From assembly GCA_000934665.2 (NCBI GenBank), contig KZ538035.1, forward strand, positions 62,001 through 126,000: DNA of 64,000 nt. Direction: 5' to 3'. Under the pieces are notes generated by a model that saw nothing but the letters and a program-made list of their open reading frames with translations, was not told the origin of the DNA and made no database searches. Position numbers and translations under genes: made by a program. The first letter of the stretch is position 1; each line of letters begins with the position of its first letter. Below are positions 14,890 to 28,200 of this stretch, piece after piece. The DNA comes from Catajapyx aquilonaris. Taxonomy: Eukaryota.

Positions 14890-15140
14890 ATCGGCCAATA
14901 TGGCGGGGGGTGGGCCGCATCTTAATTGCTTCTAACCTCTCTCCACTGCTGAAATGGGTATCCTTTCCAGTACGTAGCACTCCTTTGCTTTGCCTCCGGG
15001 TGAGACCAAGATAGGAATCAAAAAAATGTTTCCTCTCGCGACTCCTGATTCGCTCATTTCCTGTGTGCTGGGTGACTGCTAATGTACCGTCGTTCGAGTA
15101 GATGGCATTTTGCGCGTACCCGACACTGACGGTTCGTAAC
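14890..15140 (-). mobile_element. RTE-like LINE C-terminal relic
   Basis: VLRTGKDTHFSSGERLEAIKM resembles the RTE motif VL.YG.ETWT.....LEAFEM. Confidence 0.3.
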
Positions 15141-18100
15141 ATTCACAGGCGTTGATGGCACTATTACATGCCCTGTGATCACAACGGATGTCTAGCGTAA
15201 GTACGAACGAGTTGGGGTACTTTGGGGGTAAGCATGTGCAGTAGACATTATACGAGCAGTATATTACAAAACCAATATCATGCACCTTTTTTTCCCCCTG
15301 TTGAGTATGAGCCACTTCTATGCGTGAAAGGCTTACCACCTAGTCTCCCTCTGGACATCGTTATTGTTCCTGTTAAGTGGCGGCCACACATCTACATAGA
15401 TATTAAAATTATTAATCAGTATAATTTTTCAGATAATATGGCAATATGCTGTCTTTTCATAATTTTACGAGTGTAATTACTGTATTATTTAGAGATGAGG
15501 CGTTTTCCGATTAAAAAATTATATCACGATAATAAAATACGGGTTGACAACGTATAAGTGCTACAACTTTAGCATTCCACTATGGGACGCCTAGCTCCAT
15601 TAAAGCTCCACTTTAACGTCAAACATTCTCATTTGTAGTCCTTCAATGTTTCAGTAACGTCATGACACGTATGCTGACATGCAATATTCACAGCAATATC
15701 TTATTAACGAGTATATTCACGAAGCATCATGTGCAGTTGCAGATATTGCTCTTGATTCACTCCTACCGTATAGGATAATGATATTAATGAAATGCTTCGT
15801 TAGTGTTGTTTACGAGCTTAATGACGTATTATGCACCTTTTTACATTCATGTTGGGAATGATTCTCTTCGTGCGTCATTCCGAACAATAAGGGGCATTTT
15901 ACTGTTTTTTTTTACCCACAATTATGATACTTGGCTGAGTTTTTCCAGGCACCGGTCCCTACACTCTACTACCACAGGCCTGCTGCATGAATAGCCTCGA
16001 GTGCGTTCAATGTTTCAATTCGACAAGCAATAAATATAACTTGTTTTTAAAATTAAGCCTCCCACTTGAATTAGCCCACCACGATGTCAGATTATATGAC
16101 CAATAATAGGATGGATTCGAAGCAATATTGTCGTTAAAACTAGCTTAATGCTTGGCAAGATTTCAATTAGCAGTAAAAATAGCACGCTGTAGTAGTTTAA
16201 TATCTATTCTCTTGAGCTTTGACTATTCAACTACGGTTCCAAATTGAAAACCGTGCGCTTCACATAGCACCTGTTTAAAATATTGGCATCGTGCTATAAA
16301 TAGCCAGCCGTTTTTGTTCCAATTCAGCGAGAAAGTTATACTACCTCGATGATGGTGAATTGCCAGTTAATGCCATGGTACAATAGAGTACAGTACGCAT
16401 GTCGGTTTTTAATAAGGAAGAAGGCCTGGGTGTACAAATGGAGCTTTAAACGGTGAATTGGCTGATGCAAATGTGACGGCTATTTGTGTACAACATGAAT
16501 AAGTCACAATGGGGTTGCTGGAACGAAAATAAAATAGTCATGCATACAGTATACTGTACATACATACAGTGTTGGGTTTGCGTCTGTTTTTTGCCGGCTT
16601 TGCAGGGTAATAAAAACAACCCCAAATAATAAATTCCAGTTCCAATACCCTACGACGTGGTAATTATCTGGAATTATATTACGGTGACCGTGTGATTGTA
16701 TGGGTACCTGTAAGGCGGTGGAAACATGCAAAGCTGCTTCCTAGGTCTATTATCATAACATGGCTTATTGACAAGTAGGCAAACACAGAGGTGTGTGCAT
16801 GTACCAGGACCGTATGACATAATACCAACATAAGTGCGGCGGCTTGCGTACACATTTTCTGTTTAAAGTTCTAACCACCAGCTGCATTTGCTTATTGTTG
16901 GCAGAAATTTACTTAACAATATTACTGTCATAACATGAATTCCTGATTAGTGGTATACTTATACTACTGGTGCACAGTTTATGAATATTATCCATATAAC
17001 AAAAAAGCAGTACCGGTACGCTGCATTTGACAAAAGTTGTGTGCCCCAAGGTGTAGCCTACAGCATGGTCTGATGCACCAAGTGTAGCGTGTAATATTGT
17101 TCTCGGTATTACGTCACTCGGCAGCACACGCAGCTCCGCTGCTACTGCTGCAAAATTACAGTTGACACACCTTTCTCATCAGCCCTGCAGGCATAATTTC
17201 TTCGTAAAGATAAGAAAAATAATTACAAGAATGAAACATTCCTGAGTGCAATGGTATATTGGGCATGACAGCGCAGTATGGTTGCTTGAGGGCTACTGGT
17301 AAAAATTCATGCTATCTGACCTGACTTTTTTCATAAATTCTTCTACGCATGGTTGATCGCTACCTCTTTGCATGCCGTGGGGCAATAGCACGATTTTTCA
17401 ATATTATTCGTTGTTATATTGCAAGATAACATTATTGTAACACCACTAGTATAGTGTCACTACAAACTACAGGGCAGATTAAAATGACATGAACTGCTAT
17501 GTCAAAAAGAGCATAGTTAGAGTGAAATATTAGCATGTCATGAACTTGCATAGATAACTTGTGAGCTTGGCGGTATACTTCACACGCAGGTACGAAAAGA
17601 AGATTGCATGGCCCATCAGTTATGGCGGTAATAAATAAGTTAATGAGCTCTGTAGATGATTTATAGGCCACAATCTAATACGACGTCCGCCATTAAACAT
17701 GGCCTTCCAAAAAAGTATTTACGAGCTCGCAAGATGTTTCCACGTTTATAATTTCCGCAAAAGGTTACCGTACTCACTTTAGTTCGCAATATACGGCCCG
17801 TCATCCGCATCCAGGGAGGTCAAACAGGTACGCCTGTCATCTCAGATTGAAAACAAAATTGCTCTAAATTAGTTGACTTAAGAGAATTCGGTTTCATTAC
17901 GGTGACAGGCTAATCGACTCCCAATTTTCTTGTTTAAACCATGCTAGTTGTTCACTCTTCCAACTAAGGGCAACTAACCATACACAGAAGATGAGCATCG
18001 AGGAATTTCTAACATTCGCATGAGTGGTGAAACGATATTCACGTCCAATTATGGCCGTGATGGATCCGAAATTGCTCAAGCATTTGCATGCCAGTCAAAA

Positions 18101-18559
18101 AAAATGTACCCACACAATATTGACAAAAACAATATTTTTCACCACCTCAGCGACCTGTTTAAGCAAAGATAACCCCCATACCCTCGCAGATGACCTCAGA
18201 TCTTTCTCTCTCAGTCACGCGATCGAACATCACGTTCCCTTTTTTTCCTTCCGAGACATATAAATCATGCAATTCCTAGACATGGGAGGGCTTGAGAATC
18301 TAGCCAGAATGAGCACCCGGCATGTATTGAGGCTCCGAATGATAGTCTTTTTTCCATAACTCTGCACCTCTTATACCAGATTCTCAAGATTGCATATCAG
18401 GTGGAAAGTGTCAGGTCTGTACCATTCCAGCTGTGATTGGTAATTCCTTTATCTCGAAATGGGTTTCTTGCAGCAAAGGTCTATACATCACTGTATCCTG
18501 TACGGTTCGCATATATCCAGCTGGTGTATTGATTGATCAATCTAAGGAAACTTTGATGG

Positions 18560-18700
18560 CGAGAAGATGTGAGTTGGGAGAGAAGCACAGAAAGCCTTTC
18601 AGCATTAGCATTCGGCAGCCTCAAAGAGCACTCATCCGACTCACAAATTTCATAAGCCGAGTGAAATGTTTAGCAGATCTCTCGATCTATGGTGGGGTGT
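18560..18700 (-). mobile_element. Possible hAT transposase dimerisation-domain relic
   Basis: FTRLMKFV...LPNANAERLS resembles F..L..F....LP.SNA..ER.FS. Confidence 0.3.
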
Positions 18701-19649
18701 GACAAAAGGGTTTCTCATCCTTTCCAGTTGTTAATATATGTGCACATGCAATGGTTGCAAATTCTGGGATGGGTGTGGCTTTTCTCTTTCATCTGGCATG
18801 GTATGTCGCCTCAAAACCGCCATTCGGGCTCAAATAACGATCAACAAGTTGCTTTTACTGGGACATTTTTTTGCCTGCACTGTCCTAATGCATCATCATC
18901 AGGCTTCCATTTGAACTGGATTGCTGCAAACCGTCACACGCGAATCCAATTACCTTTCTGCTAAGCGTGGATATCCAGATTCAGAGAATGGCTTAGAAAA
19001 ATCGAGCAATTTCTGCAGAAATATTTTTGTCCCCCCCCCCTCTCCCCCCATCAAATTACTTCCGTCAGTCACACTACATCAGAGTGGACCTATATAATGA
19101 AGGTACTCAGGTAATGCAAATTTGTCGACAAATAGAGAAGCACGACAATGGTTTGCAGGCTGGTAAACACGGTAGAAGTGAATTAGCACCGATAATGCCT
19201 GCGATAAGTAGTGCATGAGAGGCTATCTGCATAAAACACCAACTCGACGGCAAATGTGGCGTAAATTTCACTTGCAACAACGCCGTCCCGCTCAAAATCG
19301 TGATGAAGCAGAAGTGGTCGAGCGCTAAATATGCGCTTTTTTTTGTATGCGCCCGTGTAGCTACATACCATTTTATGGATAATTATAAAACTAATGAGGG
19401 TTTGTCCCTAGCAGTGTATATCTTACCCGCGCTGGTCAGCTGGTGCGGATACAACGCTGCGAGGTCACGTCACAATCCGTACAATCCTATAACCGTACAG
19501 CACCTGGAACCAAGTCCGTCCTGTTCGTTCCCGCCCTCGATACTGAGCAGCCCCATACCCGCAAACTCCGGGCAGACCCTCCCACCTACCGTGACTCCAC
19601 CACCCTGCAACCCCCGCAACCCCCCACCCACTGAATCCCCCTGTGTGCA

Positions 19650-20660
19650 GATCTGCTTCAAAAATCCGACCCTCAGATAAGGATCTTATCTTTTTTATAG
19701 AGAGTGCATTGATTACTTATGATTTTGGGAGGGATGTACTGGACCTTTTTGAGACAGCCTGTAGAGACCCTGCGAATCGATGAGCTTCCTTCTCGAAGAA
19801 CTTGAGGCCATTTGTGTCAACAATGAATCAGGTTCAACTTTGCATTATCCTCGCCATGATCCGTAAGTAGTGTTTACTGGGTGATCTGGAATTTGAGTCT
19901 GGACCAGGAGCATACCTATGTGGTCATTATTTCGTATAAGTGTTATCTGTTGCTCTCCAAGCAAATGAAGGAGAAAATCTCCGAATGTTTCGAAATATTG
20001 CAGATATTTTCCCTTATTTGTTTTCATACAACCGGTCCTTAGTCTGGTGACAACGCTGGTAATTTTAATGTAGCACAAGTTTCATGGTCGAGTTCTTTGG
20101 TAGATACATATTGGATGAGGATAGCCTCAGAGTTTGGCTTGCAAAATTTCGTAACTTATTTATAGACTTGAGCGAACTAAAATGATGCTGCTATATAGAT
20201 TATTAAAGGATATAGGTCTACACGGATAAGTTATGAAGGGAGTTATTGACGCTCAGTTCTTACGTAATCTGGGAACTGAAACTTTCAAAGCCTTCCTTCA
20301 AAGCCGTGTATTTGTAATGACGTCCTGCTCGCAGTAAATGGCTGGTATAGGTGGAGTAGAAGATAAAATGAGATGCTAAAGTGAGCCACTGTAAACTTAA
20401 TAATGAAGTGAAATAATGCTATGAGAAAGGAACTAATGTTTTCTGCTATGGGGTGTTTTCCCTATATACTGTACAGCAAAAAAATTGCATTAAGATAAAA
20501 TATAGGCATGTAGAAAATGTGATTATTCCGTACATTTTCTACTTCTCTCATTTATGGTCGGTTATTTAGATGCTTGACATGGATCTTGGGGAAGCTTCCG
20601 AGACGGAGAAAGGACATCGCTACATAAAGTGACCCTCTGGTGTCCTGGGTTCACCTGTAA
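19650..20660 (+). mobile_element. CR1-like LINE relic (APE endonuclease plus RT fragment)
   Basis: GNFNVAQVSW (GDFN...I.W) at ~20058; EFGLQNFVT (L.Q.V..PT) at ~20130; GV.GS-like RT piece at ~20630-20655. Confidence 0.4.
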
Positions 20661-22423
20661 GCTGTAACGTTGTCAGTGTTATTACGACACAACCTGCATA
20701 ATATAGATATGAAACTCATTCATGTACTTTGCAAAGAGACACTTGCACTAACGAATAAAGACAGTATTAGCGATACTAAAAGTTATATTGAAATTTCGAC
20801 AAATATTATGTATTTTCTTCAGTCTACAAGGCTCAAGTCGCTGGAAGTTGCACGAGTCCAAACTTAGAAAGAGTAATTTGAGAAGACAGGAGCAAAGCTA
20901 TAAATACACGAAGCTAAAATGGTCAGAAAGACATAATTATTAGTGTTATACAGTACCGTATATACAGGAAGTTTCCAGTATGCGGGTCGCTTCAGTTATG
21001 GGAAATATAGATCGAAGATGTTATTTTTTGTAGCACGTTGCACCCCTGTTCAGGTGCCTTATTTTGTAACAACTGCTACATTCGACCACCGGGGAGTAAT
21101 TGGGCACCTGCTGGATCGGAGCGAAACAATAAGCTACACATAATATACGTATGTGATATGTAATATGTGTGTAACTCCTTAGGGCGATATTAGAGATAAC
21201 TAAAAACGACCATGATGCCTGGAAAACCCTGCATATACGCATATACTATATGCCTATAAGCCACTTTTGCTTCCTATGCATTGTTCTCTGAGGGATTTAT
21301 ACCAACTCAGGCAACAAGCAACTAACGAAGTGAAGCACTATTCACCTGAAATAGCTATGCCTATGCTAGTACCTTATAATTGGGAGAATTTGGTTACCTG
21401 TTCCCTTTTTCTAAAATTACTGCTGCAATCATAATAATTGACCATGTTCTGCGGCCGCATCATGGATCTTGTCTTACGCATTCAGCGAAGTTGCAATTAT
21501 TTCCTTGCATATACATAGTATTTAGCCTACTGTTGGGACTATCTACGTATTTCAAATGTCACAGTAACATACATTGCATGGTGAACACAAGGGCGGTTGT
21601 CTTATCAAAGTTATATACGGTAACCAAAAATAATTTATACGCAATTACTTGCATTGCTCTTTAAGGAGTAAAAAGATTAGTCCCCAAATATCATGAGACA
21701 TGTGCCTTTTATTTAACCGCCCTAAAGTCTGCCGTCCTGGGAAACTGGTGCATACCGGTATACATTTCCCGCAGCTGCAGGTAAAGCCATCACTATACAA
21801 GCATACTGTAAATGTGTAAATACCAGTTGTTTGAACTAGAGTCATTCCCTTGACTCAGGTATATACAGTAGGGCCTACAGTACGTGCAGTGAATGCAGGC
21901 AGGTATGAACTAGAACATATGGCTCAACCTTCGTCTTATCACTTTAACACATTCTTCCAACACCATCTCCCACTTACTTGGTGACTTACTTGGCAGAGAG
22001 GGAGAGAGAGATCTGGTTGAAATTTTACAGCGTTTTCTCCCCATATGCTGAATGAAAAGCCCTAAATTTTCCAATCCAATGAAACCTCATAAACTATACT
22101 CCTTCGTATCTCCAGACTGCTCTCAAGACTCTGAATCTCTATAAATATTATACGTCCCTCACGCGGTGTATCGACATTTTTCATAACCACATTAAACAGA
22201 GATGTTGGATAGGAAAAGGGATGATCAAATATTTACTGTGATAATAGTGACTCATTAAATAGCGTATAATTTACGTATCTCGCGAACTCGTAGGCTACCA
22301 TTCTAGCGTGTACTGGTCACTGTGCAGCTAAATAAATGTAACTCTTAGAATTGATTATTATTATCATCATCATTTGTTGCTTATTGAGAAGAAGTGACGA
22401 GAGAAGCGGCTTAATGTATTTCC

Positions 22424-22900
22424 TCAATAAAAACCAATCGTAGAATTTTTATAAGGCAACTGTCGCAAATGCACACGACCATCTTCACTGAACACACGAC
22501 TCCGTGTCGTCCAGGTAGCACTCCTACTACTCCTAGTGGCATGAACTCCACTCTGGTCCACGACATGATTGTTCCAAGACAACACGTGTACAATACGGTG
22601 TGAAATAGATGCAAAGTCTAATCTGCTCCAACTCGGTGGAAAGACCACTTCCTTATACACAGCAGCTCTCTTCCTCTTCCTCTGGCAATAGGCAGAGTCC
22701 TGCAGCATCTGTCTCCGGGCAGCAATGGATGTGGCCAATTCGGGTGTTGGATTGTTATTTCATCACTCGAGGGATTTAGTAGAAAATGGCGCTCTCTCAT
22801 CTGGCGGCTGGATATAATTAAATGTATGTGTGCTACACCTGCAGCTTCTGTTTCCACTCAACTGCGACAGCTCTCAAGGGATGCAATCCCACTGCGCACA
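22424..22900 (-). mobile_element. piggyBac transposase C-terminal relic
   Basis: ORF ends TRSRVFSEDGRVHLRQLPYKNSTIGFY*, a Cys-eroded version of the piggyBac C-terminal motif RV.CEKC.VHLC....NCF..FH*; basic RKRKR upstream. Confidence 0.4.
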
Positions 22901-23229
22901 GCAAACTCGTTTAGTTGTACAGAATGTATTAACTTTTAATGGCATATACCCTACTATTACGAGGCCAGTGTACACTGTAGTTTGAATTCAAGTGCTGCAG
23001 ACCTGCCTAAACAAATAACAGCAGTGTACGCGGCGACACCCAATAGCCTATGAATGAGCAGTAAAACAACAACAAAAAATGCAGCGAGGTACTGATGGCA
23101 ATTTAAAAGTTGTCGATTCATCGGACAACTATGGTGTTCTCTTCTACTGTACTTGCTACATACTGTAATATTGCGGAGTTTTGTGTAATTTTCAGACCAA
23201 AGGCTATATTTAGAAACAAATAGTAAGAA

Positions 23230-23480
23230 TATGCAAACATGTCCCCAACAGCACCATGCTTCCCTCGCTAGGAGCTATATTGACGAGCCCATTACAAAAC
23301 GTGGCAGCCTCTCACAGGTCAGTACTCGCAGTTTATGTATCCTGAGCAAATGTGTGCAACTAGTATAATATGTAGACATGTGTGTTATTATATCCTGGGC
23401 ATAATGAAAGTGGTCACGTGATAAACCAGGCCTGAGAGTTGACACCATGGTTGACACTTTGCTGATGATTTGTTCCACAT
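23230..23480 (-). mobile_element. LINE (L2/CR1) C-terminal relic
   Basis: VEQIISKVS (HV..I..KAS) followed by RLPRFVMG (RAARFV.G). Confidence 0.3.
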
Positions 23481-24512
23481 TATAAGGCCCGGATCATTAC
23501 CGAGAGTTCCATCTGTTTTCTGCGGAAGGAAGCACACTAGACAGACTACGCACGATGTCGTTCGCGGAACTTTCATGTACACCGCCACCCGCCGGCCAAG
23601 ATCCATAGGGTCTCGAAGGATCCAGGATACTTGATTTCAGCAAACCTTACAAAATTAATGTCAACTGAAAACAACTTTTATAATAATATGTACCCAACCA
23701 GTTATTTTGGTAAAAGTTCTGCCTAAAAAGAAAGATCTGAGCCATGATCTGACAAGTGAGATCTACCATATCTTTTCCTTACAAGTTAGTTAGTATTCAT
23801 AAACCTTTAATGACCATGAATTTATTGACCAAATAAAGTCATCATTTTAAATACGGTATATTTATGTCACAAAAAGTACTCCCGGTGGTACTTCAGTGCT
23901 GAGGTTACGTTGGTCTCCCAATATCCAGTTTCCAAGAAACAAACTGTTCAGTTCTTTGCCAAGGTTAGCTGTTACTGCAAAATCTTAACTTCCATTATTT
24001 GCACATGCACAAACTCCTTACAGCTGGAGTCTTTTTAATTTAATCAACATTTCGTTATCTTGATTATTCAATGTTGACTTGTAGATCATAACTCTTCAAT
24101 TTTACTGTAAAATAAAGCTCTGGTACGTCGTACTTCAACCTACCACTTGACCACCGCAGCCTGCCACAGGCTAGCAAAACACACCAGCCGTGTTTTCTGA
24201 GCATGAGCAGTAATATGCTGCCAGAGCGATTCCAGGACATGATAAAAGGGATGAGGCGGGTGGAGGCAGGCTGAACATAATGTTAAGTCATTCTTTAGTT
24301 TAACGGACTGTGCCTCACATGCTCCACCTTGGACAACTCAGTGGGACAAACGGCTATGAGCTGGAGAAGGGGTGGTGAGAGAGTGGCACATTGTGGCATC
24401 CTCGGTGGCATCAGTGCAGGCAACATTTCCTGCACATAAAAAGAGCCTCCTACATCCTACTGTCCTTCCTGGTTGGCTACCATGTTCTTATAAAAAGAAC
24501 CAGAAAATAGAG

Positions 24513-24725
24513 GGGAGACAAAGTGGTGCTGCGGAAACGTACGGATGCCAAGGTCCCGGGTTCGATCCCAGCCCGGGACTCCCCCCTTCATCTGGTGCAG
24601 AGTTGGGTCATCTCTGGCTTCGTTTAGGGTGGAATCTCCTCTGACTAATCCACCCGGAGTTCACAAAATGTACTGTTTGAGAATTGTACTTGTACCTTGC
24701 ACATCCCCTCCCAGTCACCCTGCCC

Positions 24726-24799
<74 letters not shown>
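24513..24799 (+). mobile_element. tRNA-derived SINE with (AAT)24 tail and 19-bp TSD
   Basis: B box GGTTCGATCCC at ~24559; (AAT)n at 24728-24799; TSD AAAGAACCAGAAAAYAGAG at 24494-24512 and 24800-24818. Confidence 0.85.
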
Positions 24800-24802
<3 letters not shown>

Positions 24803-25230
24803 GAACCAGAAAACAGAGAGATAATTGAGCTCGGGAGTAAGGGTATGGGTTTTACATATCCCTTACCATTGTTTACTCCGGAGCCCTTCAATTCATTTTA
24901 TTGACATGAACAAAAATACTACTCCATGACATCCACAGCATGCTGCAACACCATTATCTTCAAATTTAATAAAACAATATAGTCAGGAAAACTGCCTCAC
25001 TTTATTTCCATCAAAATGTGCATTTATAATGCTCCCAAATAAACAAAGACAAATCCCTCAATATGAAGCATGACACTGTGATCAAAACATACATTATGAC
25101 ACAGACAAAAAAGAAACATTTCCAAGTGGCCAGGAAAAAATTGTGCAATGGCATGTTGCAACCTGGTGCAAAGTGAAAGACACCTTGAATTCACAAAACA
25201 TAAAAATAAAATTCCAGTAAGCTTAATAAT

Positions 25231-28200
25231 TCAGCCGTAATACCCCTGGTAATTGCCCCACCCTTGCTGAGCAGAGTAGTTCCAACCCCCTCCTGGCTGG
25301 GAATAATTCCAATTCTGGTACTGTTGTGGCCCTTGAGCTGCATATTGCTGTGCATATGGCTGCTGGTTGTAGCCTTGGCCATACTGCCCATATTGACCCT
25401 GTTGCTGTGCGGCAGCCGCTGCCCCTGTGGTAGGGTATTGCTGTCCTTGGGCAGCTGCGGCCCCACTTGCTGCATACGATTGCTGATAGGCATTGTTGGC
25501 TTGGCTGTACTGTGCCGCCGCCACCGCTGTTGTTGTTGCTGTAGAAGAGGCAGCAGTGGTGGCTGTGCCATTTCGGTAGGCAGCAGCATATGATGCATCG
25601 TCACTGTTGGTGGTGGCAGCTGTAGTAGCTGCAGTGTTACTTGCATCACTTGATTTACTCTTGCCCTGTGACGTATCCAGCCTATAATAAAAATGGGATA
25701 GTCACAACAACAATTCACTCAGTGGTGGTTTTACTTGGAGAAGGTCTACTCACATCTTGATCCCAAGTGGATCATCTGCCAGGAGGGTTGCCCCAATGAC
25801 CTTCCGCCTAACGTCATCTCTGAGGTTCCTGGCCAGGTCCATAAGGTCATCCTCTGCTCTCTGGACACAGGCCAAATCTTCCCCAAAATCCTGAAGAAAT
25901 TCTACCTTCCTCTGGGCAAACATGAGTTTCTGCTCTTGGTCCAACCCACTGTGCAGAGCCATTTCAAAGGCTTCCATCACTGTCTCTTGGTCCACAGGCT
26001 GCCTTTGAAGACCCAAATCTATCAGCTGGAGTAATACTCTGGCATTTCCCTGATCTGACTCCAGTGCCCTCAGTAGCACTTCCTTTGCATGATCATAGTC
26101 CCCAAGAACCTTGTTGCAGAACTTTGCATGCTTGACAGCCAGGTGTGTTGATGAGGCCTGGCTCTTGGCCTGTTCTAAGTACCGCTCATACAAGTGGTCA
26201 GCTGCCTTCATATCGCCCCTTCGCCGCTCTAGGTTGATGCGGCGGTACCAGATCTGGAGTGTCTCAGGGACCTTGGTCTCCAGGGATTCCAGTACCTGAA
26301 CAGCTACATCCGGGCGACCCACTCTCTCCTCAAATCCAGCCCACATTAGGTGGAGGATAGGCTTCTTGGGATGGTGGATGGTGCATGCCCGAGTGAACAC
26401 ATCTCTCATCTTGGACTCCTTTTCCTCTCCCTCTAATGACGACTCAAGGTACTTGAGGAACTGTAGAGAAAAATTGCAATACTCAGGCATCATACAACTT
26501 TGGCACACATGCATTACTCAAACAGAAAAGAGACTCATTCACAAATTCAAGTATCACTGTAACCTACACATTAACAGTGTTCAACAACTTGGGCTATGAC
26601 TCTTTCTTACAATTTGAAATGTATGATTGAAACATAGGAATCCAAATTACTTCAAAAAACAATTTTCGAATATTTTCTTTACTAACCCGGATCCAGAAGT
26701 CTTCATACATGGCACATGCAATGAGACACCTCTCAAAAAGCACCAAGATCCTCTGTATGTCCCCACACTCCACCTCATAGTCCAGGTACTCCTTCCAGTT
26801 CTTCAGTTGTCCTCTTTCAAGAGCCTTCACATGGAAGTATGGCCTCTTGATCTGGAAAAATGAAACGTAAGAATTAGCCTCTTACAACACTAGTCAATTT
26901 AATCAGTTTGTGAAGATGCACATACCCCTTCCTCAAAGTTCCACCTGGCAGTGACAGCTGCCTCAGTCTCCTTGAAAATCTTCTTGCGAGAAGCCAGAAT
27001 TTTCTCTCTTAGGATTGCCAACTCATCCTCCTGAGGACCAGTTGATTCAGCCTTAAAAAATAAGAAAAATTTTACATTTTGCAATCCTAAGCTCAGTTCT
27101 GAGTCCCAGTGGAATTCGCTTCACATAGCAATACCAAAGCTTGGCATGAACAAGGATATATTTTGCATATAACATGGGATATACGTAGTATGACAGAAAG
27201 GTGCAAATGTCAAGTGACATCACCATTTGCCACTGATATCAATTTGATCAAGTGCTTATCAGCACCAGGGTTATAAAGCAACTGACTATAAAGAGGGCTT
27301 CCTTACATCTTTTTCAGTTGCTGCTGCAGTGTCATTTTCTACTGCTGCAGTTTCCGAGGCTTCAGTCTCTCCTCCTTCCACTCCCGGAGGAACCTCCCCT
27401 CCTCCATCCTGCTCTGCATCTCCTACTCCATCCTCCTCTTTCTTTTCTGTAGTGGTTGGAGTAGAATCCTGATTAGTGTCACCACCATCCTCTCCCTCCT
27501 TTTTGTCTCCCTTGGACAAATCCTTCCTCAGTAAGGCCAGTTCCTCTGCTGTCAAGATCTCTGCTGGTTGATGCTGGTTCACATGCTCTGTAAAACTGAT
27601 AGAAGAAATGGATGTACAACTGACAAGACAGACATAACCTATTCCTAAAGTAGCCTTCATATAGTTACCTTTCCATAAGGAACAACAAATCTTTTCATCA
27701 CCAGGAGCTCAGTAAGGTAGGGTTGCAGTATTTCATATTTCACTTGAAACCCTGACCAGCTTCGCTTTCATAACAGGAGACCCTGCACTTTTACCTACTT
27801 TCCTAGGCATGTAACTGCTGAAGGATAGGCGCGTATCCGCTGGGAAGGAAGGTTAGGTCATGGGGTAGGTTGGTGCAGCTTGCCCCTGCCCCTGCCACAT
27901 TTGGTCTCCCATTGCGAAAGTCCTCCCCCCTGATCTTACCATTGTCATTAATTGTGGCCCAACACTTAATAACAATGGTAACCCCAGGGTTTCAATCAAA
28001 ATCCAAAATGGTTCAAGCCAACCTATTTGAAGTCCCACCAGCACTTGCTTGTGGGGTAAAGTAAGTCATTCATTGCCATTAATTGTCAAATTATTATTTT
28101 TTCCAACTCCTGACTTGGTTGGCAACACAACTAGACTCCGCACTCTCTCCAAATTGCACAGGTGAATGTACACTAATGCTTGGCATGCATACAAAAACTG

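Noticed and set aside
23491..23499. GGATCATTA (18S rRNA 3'-end motif)
   Set aside because: Flanking sequence has no rRNA similarity.
24545..24904. ORF with a poly-Asn run
   Set aside because: Read-through of a SINE and its (AAT)n tail.
25191..25718. 175-aa minus-strand ORF
   Set aside because: Alternative frame of the PRP39 last exon; splice phase selects the Q/G/Y-rich frame ending at 25231.
27610..27702. Perfect C box GTGATGA (minus) ~100 nt before a PRP39 acceptor; vertebrate PRPF39 hosts SNORD127
   Set aside because: No CTGA D box at a suitable distance and no terminal stem or recognisable guide.
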